Assembly: GCA_015680685.1 (NCBI GenBank)
Contig: MNCI01003443.1
Span: 178,267-242,266 of the forward strand
Length of the DNA stretch: 64,000 nucleotides
Source of the DNA: Gnetum montanum
Lineage: Eukaryota; Plantae; Gnetophyta
Direction: 5' to 3'
Positions within the stretch are counted from its first letter, which is position 1, and every line of letters starts with the position of its first letter. Made by a program: the position numbers and the translations under genes. Shown piece by piece: positions 53,231 to 64,000 of the stretch. The notes under the pieces were generated by a model that saw nothing but the letters and a program-made list of their open reading frames with translations, was not told where the DNA came from and did not search any database.

Positions 53231-55749
53231 GACATATTGAGTTCACACTTATCATTGTATTTTGCCTTTTGCTCAATCCTATTATATAGATTATATATAT
53301 ATATATATATATGTCAATTGGCCAAGATATATATATATAACTTATCAAAATATATAAAATTTATTTATGTAGCATCTAAAACAACATTTGTTAGCTATAA
53401 ATCTTAGATATATATACAAGTTTGTATATATATTTAAGCTAGTTATATATACAAATAAAAAGAATTCTATCTACATTTATAGTATCGAATGTTCTACTAC
53501 ATTCAACAAATATTTGTATATCAAATTTTTTGTAATGATGAGTTTTAGAAAAAAAAATATTCGCATTAGTTATTGTATGTTCTTATTCTCAACCGAATTT
53601 GTTCTTTTTGTGTGCTTTGATAGGCAATGCAAATTCATCCAAGAAGAAGAACATACAATAACTGATGCAAATATATTTTTTCTAAAACTCATCATTACAA
53701 AAAATTTGTTATAACAATCTTGTTCTTTGTCCAGAAGTCATGAAAATTATAATCCTTAAATCTTATTCTTTATCCAAAAGTCTTGGAATCTTTTACTCAA
53801 ATAACTTATTACTTGTTAACGAATAAGGTCTCTTGGCCAAATTATAGGTATATATTATAAATATATAACTAAGCTACTTTCAGACTAATTTTTGAATCCA
53901 CATTGTGCTACTTATAGATATGTTCTAAAATTTGAAAGTTCTCTAGCTCAAAAATAAATTGGGAGTAAGTCTTGTTAGTATTGGTGTTGTTGTAGATGCA
54001 TGACAGATTTGCATCAAACCTTTGTCAAAAAAAGGATGGGGTTGTGGTTGAATTCTTTAACCTTTATTCTTTGGTAACCATGGTCTACCACCTTGAATAG
54101 TTTTAGTATATTTTATTTACAACATTTTCTTGCATTTTTGTTTTTTAATGACTTCCATCTAACATCTTGAGCATAACATCATTTCCAATTCTTAAATTGA
54201 TGTGCATCTTCAATAGGTAAGTTTAAGCTTGTGATTGTTGGCTTTATGCACAACATTTTACATATCATTTATAACACCAACTAACATAAGGGTAATTTTA
54301 GTCAAATTTAAAATTATAACTTTTTTTTGTCCGAGTGATTTGCTTTATGTATCTACTTTCTCAAAATATTTGATAGAATTATTCTTGTGATTTAAGTGCT
54401 ATTGATGAAATATTATTTAGCATTACCAATACCCTTTCCCTAGAGCATTATGAACAAAATATGATTTAGCATTACAAATTTATAGCTAGTAGCTGGCATC
54501 TTAGCGAAAAAATAATCAATTGTTGATAGTCATCTTCAACTACAACTTGATATATTTGAAACTGAAATTAAAGTTTTATTACATTCAATGGCCCATAAGA
54601 TCTATTGGGCAAAGATTATATTTTCATGAAAAATAAAGAGAAACTCTATCAAATGGCCAAGAACTAATGAATGCAACAAAAATAAATCATATATGTTTTT
54701 TGCTATAACATATAATGCTAACTCAAATGGTTAGTTGCAACATAGATAAGAAAAATAGATGCAACTCATTCTCAAGAGCTCTTACTTACATAACCTATAG
54801 TTGCACTCTTCTTGGGGGATTTAATTCCATCTTCCACTTTCAATTCTAAGATAATATAAACTTTAAAAAATCTTATTAAAGGCACTCCAATACTTGATTG
54901 GAATAGCAATTAAGAGATAGTAACCTTATGCATCAAGTTTATTAGATCTAATGTCATATAAATAAAATTATTTATTTCCTCTACATTATACCAAAATTGT
55001 ATTAAAATCTTCTACTTTACTAATAGCTAGCTATGCTTAGTATTTTGCTACATTTTCTCTCAAGAAATATTCCATTTTCTCAACCATTACATTCCTTGAA
55101 AATACCAACTAGAGTCTTGTTAATCTTTAAGCTTTGATTTAGAGAATTTATATTGCCTTGAGATATTCATGCTATGAGTTACATAATGAATTGAAACAAT
55201 GTTTTCTACTTCTAAAGGTAACTAATCACATTTAGATTATAACATTGGGAAAGGTGTTTGCATCTTCACCTATGTTTAATAGAGAAGACAAGCTTTTTGT
55301 ACTCTTTCAATATCTTTTCAAAGTTTAGTACTTGGTCTAGGTTTCAAAATAGAAAATTCATATAATATATTAGGATAGAGTATAGTATAAAATATTTATA
55401 TTTTGACCATTTAAGCCATCAGTCCTAAATTCTTATATTTGTTTTTGACACATGTTGTACTTGATTTTTGTTGCGGATAATGGTTTCTTTATATGATGTT
55501 ATTTTGTTACAATCATTATACATGATTCGGTAGTATTCAAAGACTACATAGATGTTACTATTAATATTAAAGATTTTTAAGGGCCTATATGGAGCATGGA
55601 TTGGTGTTAGTGTGCATTAAGAATGTTCATCATGTTTTATGTATTGAACTAACATTATTTTACTAAATTTAGATTGAGAGAAATTGGAAGAGAATACAAA
55701 ACCTAATTATTACCAAGGTTTAGATGGCACAAGCTACAAAATTCTAGTG

Positions 55750-57540
55750 ATGCTAAGGTTTTTTTAATTTTTTTCAAAATCATAACACATGACATAGTTA
55801 TGATGCAATCATGATAAGGATTTATTTTGGGGTACAAGTTATGGTTTAGTTACATTGGGGTCATTGTGGATAGTTGATGAAGTTGTTTATGCTTGGTTTA
55901 AGGTGAACTATGGCAAGGTCATAGTGTTATTTACATCAAGCATGATGCTTAGTATACCCATGGGGGAGTTGTGATTATCTAGATAATAAAATTTTTTAGT
56001 CTTTGATTCTTGCATAAAGTGAGTAGTGAGAAAGTAACATCCAACTTGTGGTGACTAGTGTAAGGCCAACATGAGTTGTGTTAAGATCATGATTAGTATG
56101 AAACTAACTAACATAAGAAAAGTAAAAGTCATACTTAGGTTATGGTAAAAGAAAATTTAGAATACAAACATTTGTTTGCCTAAAATGAGTTATGAGATGT
56201 TATACATCCTATGAGTTAGCAGTTGTTTGGGTTGAGATAGCACTTTGCTATATACTTGATATAACATGTATTATTATGTGTTAAGCTAGATTGGTTCAAT
56301 TTTATGTAATGCATCTTGTGGCATTGCATTTATTTAAGTGAAATGAAACTAATAATAGAAATATAATTTGTAAGAAAAATTTGGATTTGAAAGGTGAAAT
56401 TAAACCTATGGAGTATGGGTATATGAATGAGGAAGTTACAAATGTTACCTAAAACCACATTGAAGCCGAAACGATGTTTTTTTGGCTAAGTGTCCTAGGA
56501 CTAACACTAGAGTTAAAAGAAAATTATTACTTTGGAGGCTAACATTGATGCTGAAAATATTCTAACTATGGAATACTGATGTTAATGCTTATTGACTGAT
56601 GCTAATGCTAGTAAGCATTAAGGCCAAAGCTATGAAGAAAAGCTATGATGATCGTGAAGCATGTAGAAGACACTTGGATGTCTACTACTTATGCTCTTAA
56701 TCTTTTAAAATATTGAAAAGGGATTTAGATCTCAAGAAACCAACCTCAAAATATGAGTTTTAATCCCATATTTATAGGATTAGGGTTGCTAAATTCAACT
56801 CTATAGTTAAGTTCACTTGGATTTTATTTTTACCAAGTTTCACTTGCAAGATATGGTCCCATAGGTACTAACACTAGTGTGAGTGTCAATTTTAGCTAGT
56901 AACATAGGAAAAATTACAACATATTTCCAAGTTATTTTCCCAAGCCTCCAAGATGTTCGAACTAATGCAAAAATAAGTCGTAATGATGCATGTTGGACCT
57001 TGACAATATTGTCGAATGCCAAACCTAGTAACCTTAACATGATGCTAATGCAAGCATGGTGATGTGACACTAGTGTCAACATCACTTGCCATACCTAGAA
57101 AAAATTTGAGTTTTTTTCTCAACCCTACCTCTGAAGAAGCTAAAATTGATCTTTAGAAACTTGAAATTGATGTTAATTTAATGTTGAAGAGCCTAATAAG
57201 CCAAGATTAAAGTTAGAATATAGTTGAGAAGTATTGTTGAGGAGCATAACATGATGTTAGGGGTGTTAACTCAACACTTAGAAAAATTTTAGTCTTAAGA
57301 TCCTAAGATCAACTTGTCAAAATGCAAAAATTTGATACTTGCCATGTCAAAAGTGTTGTTGATCAACTATTTAAGGTTCTACAAAGTTAAAATGGAGAAT
57401 GAAAGATAGTTTTATCAAAGGTGACACAAACAAGGTGGTCCAGGGCTAATGTTAACACAATATTAGCATCACCTCTAATACTTAGAAAATTTTTCATTTA
57501 TAAAATTTTCCAAGGCCACTAAAAGTGATGTTCATATGCT
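55750..57540 (-). repeat. Decayed LTR-like region (boundaries approximate)
   Basis: Minus TATAAAT ~56770-56776; arrays of GA(T/C)GCTAA(T/C)G and GACACTAGTGTC motifs and ACACTTAGAAAAA; adjoins a truncated integrase. Confidence 0.5.
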
Positions 57541-57589
57541 AGGCTATAAGTTGGAATGGTCCCTAGAAGCCTATGGGAGTTGAAAATAC

Positions 57590-60500
57590 ATCTTGTAATG
57601 TTGTTTTTGGGCCATTTTGAGTACTTGAACTTCGATGAAACAAAGTGAAACCACACATGCCTTGGTAAATGTAAAGCCAAAAAGTGGGAATAATACCTTA
57701 AAATTATGGGTCTTCTTACAAAGTATGAATCTTTCCATCTTTAAAAATATGTCAAGTACCACAAGAATACAATCATTCTTATTTATGATTTGAGGAATAC
57801 GTATGAAAAAAATCCATTCTTATGTCCACTCACAACCACTCTATAATTGGAAGTGAATGATATAATCTAGCATTAGTGGCTACGCCTTTCTCTTTAATAG
57901 AATTAGCAACTTACAAAATATTTCTTAATTTGGCTTTTCATACCTTGTCAAAATTAATAACTCTATTGTCTTTCTACCATTTTTGCTTACCCTATATGTC
58001 TAGCCATTGGAACATCATGTACATGTATCATTAACTATTACTTCAATTTTCCACAAGAATTGCAAATTTTGATCCCTCTATATAGCAAACCATCATTGTT
58101 TAAGTTGTAATCTTTGTTTACCATCTCTTGATGAATATTTTAAATGTCATAGTGGGTTAATTCTATCTCATGGTTTTTACTATGTAACTTCAACCATGAC
58201 TAGATTTCACCAAAATCAAGGTCTCTAGAATAGTTTCTCTTGTCTTGATGCAGTTCCATGATCATACCTTTACTTAGTAGTAGATTATATTTTCTCAAAG
58301 CATTTGTGACTATATTATGACTTCCATTTTTATGCTTAATAAGAAAATTGAATACCTGCAATTCTTTCATCCACTTCATATGCTTAACACTAAGCTCTAG
58401 CTACTTATAAATAAATTATAGGCTCCTGTGGTTGGTGTACAGAATGAATCCTTAGGAGAATAGGTAATTTATTCACTTTTCCAATTCATGAAGAATAGCA
58501 TAGAGTTTCATATCATATGTGGAGTATTTTTAGCATGACTTATTCATCTTTTTATTGAAATAGAAGAGAGGTTTTTCTTATTGACTCAACACTCCTATGT
58601 CTTCATTGCTATCATTACATTTAATTAAATATATTTGCCAAAATATGATAAGGCCAAAATAGGAGCTATTAGAAGAGCATGTTTTAGATTTTGAAATCTT
58701 CTTTGTACTATTACTATCCAATATATAATTTGAGCCATCCTTAATCATGTTGACCATTCTAACTACTATCCCATTAAAATTGTTAATAAATTTTCTATAA
58801 AAACCTACTAAAATAGATAATGATCTCACCTTTATGGCATTTCATGATGGTGGTCATTCAACCAAAACTTTCATCTTCCTAGGATTTACCTTCAAACTAT
58901 CCTTATAAATGATGAATCTATGGTACACTAGCTTTTCTTGTAAAAAGTTACACTTTTAGACATTCATCATTAACTATTCATCCTTTAATCATTGCAACGC
59001 TAATCGTAATTATTTAAAATTCCATTTTCTATTGTGGATGTATACTAAAATACCATCTAGAAACACAATAATAAAGCAACCAAGATACAATTTTAATACC
59101 TCATTCATGAATCACATGAATGTACTTGGTATATTAGTAAGCCCAAAGATCATCATCCCTTACTTATACAGATCATCTAGTGTCTTGAATATTAGATTTC
59201 ACTCATCTTCTTATCTAATTCAAATTTAGTGGTAGCCACTCCTTAAATCTATCTCACTAAAAATTTTTGCACCATAAAGATTATCCAAAATATCATCCAT
59301 TTGTAACATAAGAATTCATACCTAATTATAATCTCTTTTACCATGAGTACATCAATGCACATTCTAATCTTCATCGATCTCTTATTTGCTGTTAAAACAA
59401 TAAATATAGCATATAGACTCAAAATTTTACAAACCAATCCTTTTTGCAAGAGCTTCTCTACTTGTCTTGATAACTCTACTCTATCACTAGGGCATATCTA
59501 ATATACACCTTTGTTGGAAATTTCAACACCTAGAACAAGATCAATGGCATGATATATCTAACAATGCAATGATACTCCATCTAGCAACTCATCAAAGTTG
59601 ATGTTCTCAAATTCTAACATCTTCACAACTTCTAATGGTGGCGATGTGATTTTTGGTGGTGATCCCAAAGTTACCAAAATAGAAAAAAAACTACTTGCTT
59701 TAATTGATGGATTAGACCACCTCTTTCTTTATCATCATGCAAAATTTCTACAATGGTGGTGGTGGTGATTATGGTAATATAACCCTACCTAGGCTTATTA
59801 CCCTATAGTATGAAACATAAACTATCCTTCTTTATAGTCACAAGATTAAACCTTGAATCAATAAAAGAATGTCTATCATATTGCCATGGTTGGCCTAGAA
59901 TGATGTGGTAATCATCCATCATAAAGCATCATATTAGAAAATGGATCTATTTTAAACTTCATCGTGCACTAGTGAGTAATTCTATAATTGGTATTTCAAT
60001 CTAACTAACTAACCATGTATAGTTTTGGATGTGGTTTAACAAGTAACTACAACTGATCTATCATGCATCTAGAAAATATTATTAACAACTATTTGAATAA
60101 TTTTATAATCATACCAAACTTAAAATTTTATTAGACATCTTCTTTCATTGACATCTAGCTCATTTGTTGTCTACAAGGTCATTAGCTTCAATGTCATTTG
60201 CTAGAAAATTTGAATAGCAATATTGAATTTTAATTGAGCCTCCATTAGTTTTTTTTATATCAAAACATCTTGCAACTTTCTCTTATTGATTTATAGTGTT
60301 GGTGTTGTGGTATGTATTTTCTTGATTTCTTCACAAATAGTTCACTAACATATGTCTAACTTCATCCTAGTTGTAGCAAGATTTAGAAAATATTCATCTA
60401 CCTTGTTTATTGCATTCACTCACTGCATTCACAATGAGCTTCATATGCTCCTTTTCCATTGTAAAAATCATAGGCATCTCTCCCATGGTAGAATCAATAG

Positions 60501-61560
60501 GTACATCTCCTATAGTGTGTGCATGAAAATCTATCTTCTTGTGGAATGTCTTGCCTTCCACTAATGGTAATTGTAGGTCCTTGATGGATGTTTCTTTTAC
60601 ATCTTTCTTTGTTACCTTTTTAAAACTAGGACAATTTTGCCTTTCTTTGTTGATTCTTCTCCATTTTTAACACTAACTAATATGCTTTCCTCATTGTGTG
60701 GGATGTTATGATGGCCATTTCATCTTAGATGATCATCCACAAATCATCATTAGTAACTTATTTCACCATGTCCTTTATCAACTCAACATAAATAAATAGA
60801 TGGTAAATCCATTCATGTATTTCATTANATCAACATAAATAAATAGATGGTAAATCCATTCATGTATTTCATTACATTCTTTTCTCTTTACTTCCATTCT
60901 TGCATCTTTAAATACACATCTCTATGGAAATTAGATGGTAAAAAATTACTTTTAGTTCTTGGAAAAACCTAATCTAGGTCATTATATTCTCCTTTCTCTT
61001 TAAATAGGATTTCATTTGTATCTTCTTCCATCATGTGGTAGCAAGTCCTATTCACTAGGTCATCACAATTTTTACCTTCTTACTTTCCTCCATTTCTTTC
61101 AACTTAAAGTAAGACTCCATTTGTTGAATTCAATCTAACAAATCATCTAGATATGAACCTCCATTAAAGTAAGGAATATCCATTCTAACTTACCTACCAA
61201 CTTGGAACAAAGCATGCAAGAACCTCTCCTCTCTTTATCCATATGAAGAAAGAACATTAGCTGGTAGTGGAGCTTCTTCAAATGGACCAACTTCCTCAAC
61301 ACCTTTGGTTATAGTGGTTTCCTTCTCATCATCACCAGTAGCATCCACCACATGGATTGACCTTCTTTGTGATATCTCTATTACCTCCAATATGACTTCT
61401 AAACTCCACATGATATTCATGGCTCCAACCATATCAATACACACCATTCTTGGACCTCGTCCTTTTCCAAGATATGGTAGCTTCTTTTTCTTCTTTCCCA
61501 TCCCTTTTTTATATAGACTCCTAATCATGTCTTTGATACTAGAAATGATAGGATGTGATG
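57590..61560 (-). pseudogene. Highly decayed chromovirus (CRM-like) gag-pol, integrase truncated
   Basis: MDIPYFNG (gag), IILGQPWQYDR (PR), DLRSGY, FGLTNIPSTFM, IVFLDGILVY (RT), VDIRMDF and ILVVLDIF (INT). Confidence 0.8.
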
Positions 61561-61719
61561 AATGCTAATAATTTCAAATAGAAAATAATAACCATCATAA
61601 GTTATATCAAAAATGTTTAATCATTATTGTGGATACTATAACATATGATATAAAATTGTGTTCACTAGGATTGGAACACTATGATGGTGGGAGAATACAA
61701 CTAGAAACTTTTAGAAGTA

Positions 61720-62600
61720 AAAACTATAAAAAATGATGTCATAGCATATCATACTTGGGAAACAATTTGATAATGTTAGCTTTTTTTTCATAATTTCTCC
61801 ATCATTTGGTTTTTTGATAATGTAGAAATCACACTTAAAATAATATCATTTCCTTCATTAGAGACTTATCCAACAGAGATGAGAGGATTGGAAAGATTAA
61901 GAACATAATACACATTTGAAATAGTGAATTTTTATCCATTTTTTAATTTAACTACACAATCTTCTATTTCTTCTATGAATAAGTATTTTCCATCTCCAAT
62001 TTTGATGTTAACAAGACTGTTGTTTGTTTTGTAATTTAGAAGATAATTTTTGTAGGGGGTCTTGTGAATAGAGCATCCATTATCTATAATCCAATAATCT
62101 TACCTTATTTATTTAATTGAATTAAAAGCTACATAATTATCTAGCTCTTCTTCTTAAGTATCCTTTTATGATAATGAGAAAGCATCTTGTTCTTTTTGTG
62201 AAGCTTGTCCATGTATTATTTCAAAACCAATTCTGATCTAGCATTAATTGCTGGTATGACCTTTTCTTTTATACAAGTTACACTATGATACTGAGTCTAT
62301 TCCATCTAACTCATTCTTTTCCTCTTGTATTTTAACCATGATTTTTTTAGAGTTTGTTTCTTAATTTCTATTTTGATAATTAAATCTTCTTCTTCCTTTG
62401 AATCTGCCTTTCCTACCTCTTTCTCTTTGGTTAGTTATGTAGGCTTGATCATCTTCATTAGATTTTTTATTATTCTTTATTTTTAGGGTTTTGATTGGAG
62501 CAACAAATTCATTAATATTAAGCATGTTAAAGTCCTTTGAAAGAGTAATCTTTTTCATTATGTTCCAAATTATAGAGCTTATTACTCCAATATTGCAATA
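61720..62600 (-). pseudogene. Ty1/copia gag-protease fragment
   Basis: RGRKGRFKGRR, CNLYKRKGHTSN*C knuckle, WIIDNGCSIH, IKIGDG. Confidence 0.78.
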
Positions 62601-63046
62601 TATATTGAACTAGAATTTTCACTACATGTATTCACCTATTCTATATTTCTACTAAATATGGAATTAGTAAAAAAATGTTGAAAAATGAGTAAGATATGAT
62701 TGAAATAGTAAATAATCCTAATTCTAACTGTTCAACTTCCAAGATTGAGTAAATAAATATGAATGTTGATGAATTGATGATGAAATAGTTGAATTATTTT
62801 TGAAATCATCTTAATGATTCTATGATAAAAATTTCCAAGAGCTTCCTTGGATATATATATGTAAGAAGTATGGAAAAGTTTACTAAAAATAATAAAATAT
62901 AACCCCAATGACAAAAAAACATTAAAAATTAAATATATATGGATTGGGGCCAAAATAACATTACATCTATCAATTAATATTAAAATTTTCTATATTTTAT
63001 TAAAATAAACAACTGTTGTAAAATAAAAATAAAAAACTATTCTCTT

Positions 63047-63906
63047 TGATGAGTGAAGAGGTACCCCTACACTCAACCATATGAATACGAGCATAGCATG
63101 TGTGATCTAGTTGAAATTCGTATACTAAGTGCCTACACGCCTCATGGAACACTTACGGTTAATTATTCATTATCTTCCCAGACTTACTTGTATTTGTCAT
63201 GGTGTATGGTTAAGTAAGTCTGAGGTATATGATTTTTTATAGCTTTTCTGTTTTATCTCCTATGCTAGTGAAGTGAAGGGCTAAAGAGACTAATTGACTA
63301 ACTTTAACTAACTAACTAAGTCTGAATTAACCTAGCATCAACATCCATTCCCACTTACTATTCACACCTTGAACCAATGCAACCTTGGTTACCAAATCCT
63401 AATCGTTTCTGGGATCACCAAGCGTAACGCACATGCTCAAAGCGGTCATACTGAGGTACTTAACTAGGAGAGAAGGGTTGAGAGAGATTTAATGAACTAA
63501 GAAAGCGATTAAATGATAAACAATAAATAACAATAAATAAAATCCTATTTAGCCTATTCCATGCACTACAAGGTTTATCCAAGAAGTTCATCTTTATTGC
63601 CATACACAAATATGTGTTCAGGTATAGTATTTGCTCGAATAAAGATCCGTTCACTTTGGAGTTCCTACTATGGGCACATGGAAAATATTCTGTCTCTGGA
63701 GGGATCAAACTGCTAGAGTTTTGCTACGGTCTAAGCCTAGGATGAGAAACAAGGGAGAGCCGCCTCTTATTTATAGATTTGACGGTGGATCACAATATCG
63801 CGTATGCGATATTATAGGGGAAGACGCGATATTTCATATGCGATATCGTGGGGGATGCGATATTGCGACAGACACAATATTGCGTACATGATATCATAGC
63901 CCATCA
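63047..63906 (-). repeat. 3' LTR of a further Athila-like element continuing beyond the window; PPT 63907-63922
   Basis: TGATGA...CCATCA followed by TACCCCCATGACTAAA; homologous to the other Athila LTRs and richer in CpG. Confidence 0.9.
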
Positions 63907-64000
63907 TACCCCCATGACTAAATAAAAAATTTTCCTCGAGTTCCTTACAAAATATTGGGAAGGTATGGGATTATTAACTGAATGGAACTAATGGGATGAT

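Larger units (their letters stand above)
47462..53880 (+). mobile_element. Full-length Helitron2/Helentron-type (HLE2) element B
   Basis: T-run plus TTTGGCCAAGAGGCC (47466-47480); inverted copy GGTCTCTTGGCCAAA (53827-53841), then a 12-bp-stem hairpin (53845-53871) and TTT; encloses RepHel. Confidence 0.8.

Noticed and set aside
54300-55700. Possible 5' terminus of Helitron A (hairpin at 54591-54610, TGGCCAAGA at ~54654)
   Set aside because: Too short and no partner end within the window; cannot be supported
60783-60874. 45-bp exact tandem duplication
   Set aside because: Flanks an N (60828): assembly artefact

Overview
Plant nuclear heterochromatin-like DNA: AT-rich, strongly CpG/CHG-depleted, with no intact host gene. 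It is probably a large-genome seed plant such as a gymnosperm (inference only). The window is almost entirely decayed, nested transposons. (1) A Tat/Ogre-type Ty3/gypsy element (1-21951, minus) with dual RNase H. Its protease and RT are separated by an apparent ~10 kb spliceosomal intron, which carries an antisense multi-exon accessory gene and a recent CpG-rich, mitochondrion-like 3.25 kb insert between identical 246-bp repeats. (2) Four Athila-like elements or LTRs, one complete (32633-46020, CATGT TSD, Asp PBS, env-like ORF). (3) Two Helitron2/Helentron-type (HLE2) elements head-to-head, one apparently full length with asymmetric TIRs and a 3' hairpin (about 47462-53880). (4) Decayed chromovirus and copia fragments. 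The best candidate for a new system is that LTR elements carry accessory genes whose internal promoters reuse the same family-specific palindromic CpG motifs arrayed in their LTR U3. All calls were made by eye; no searches were run.
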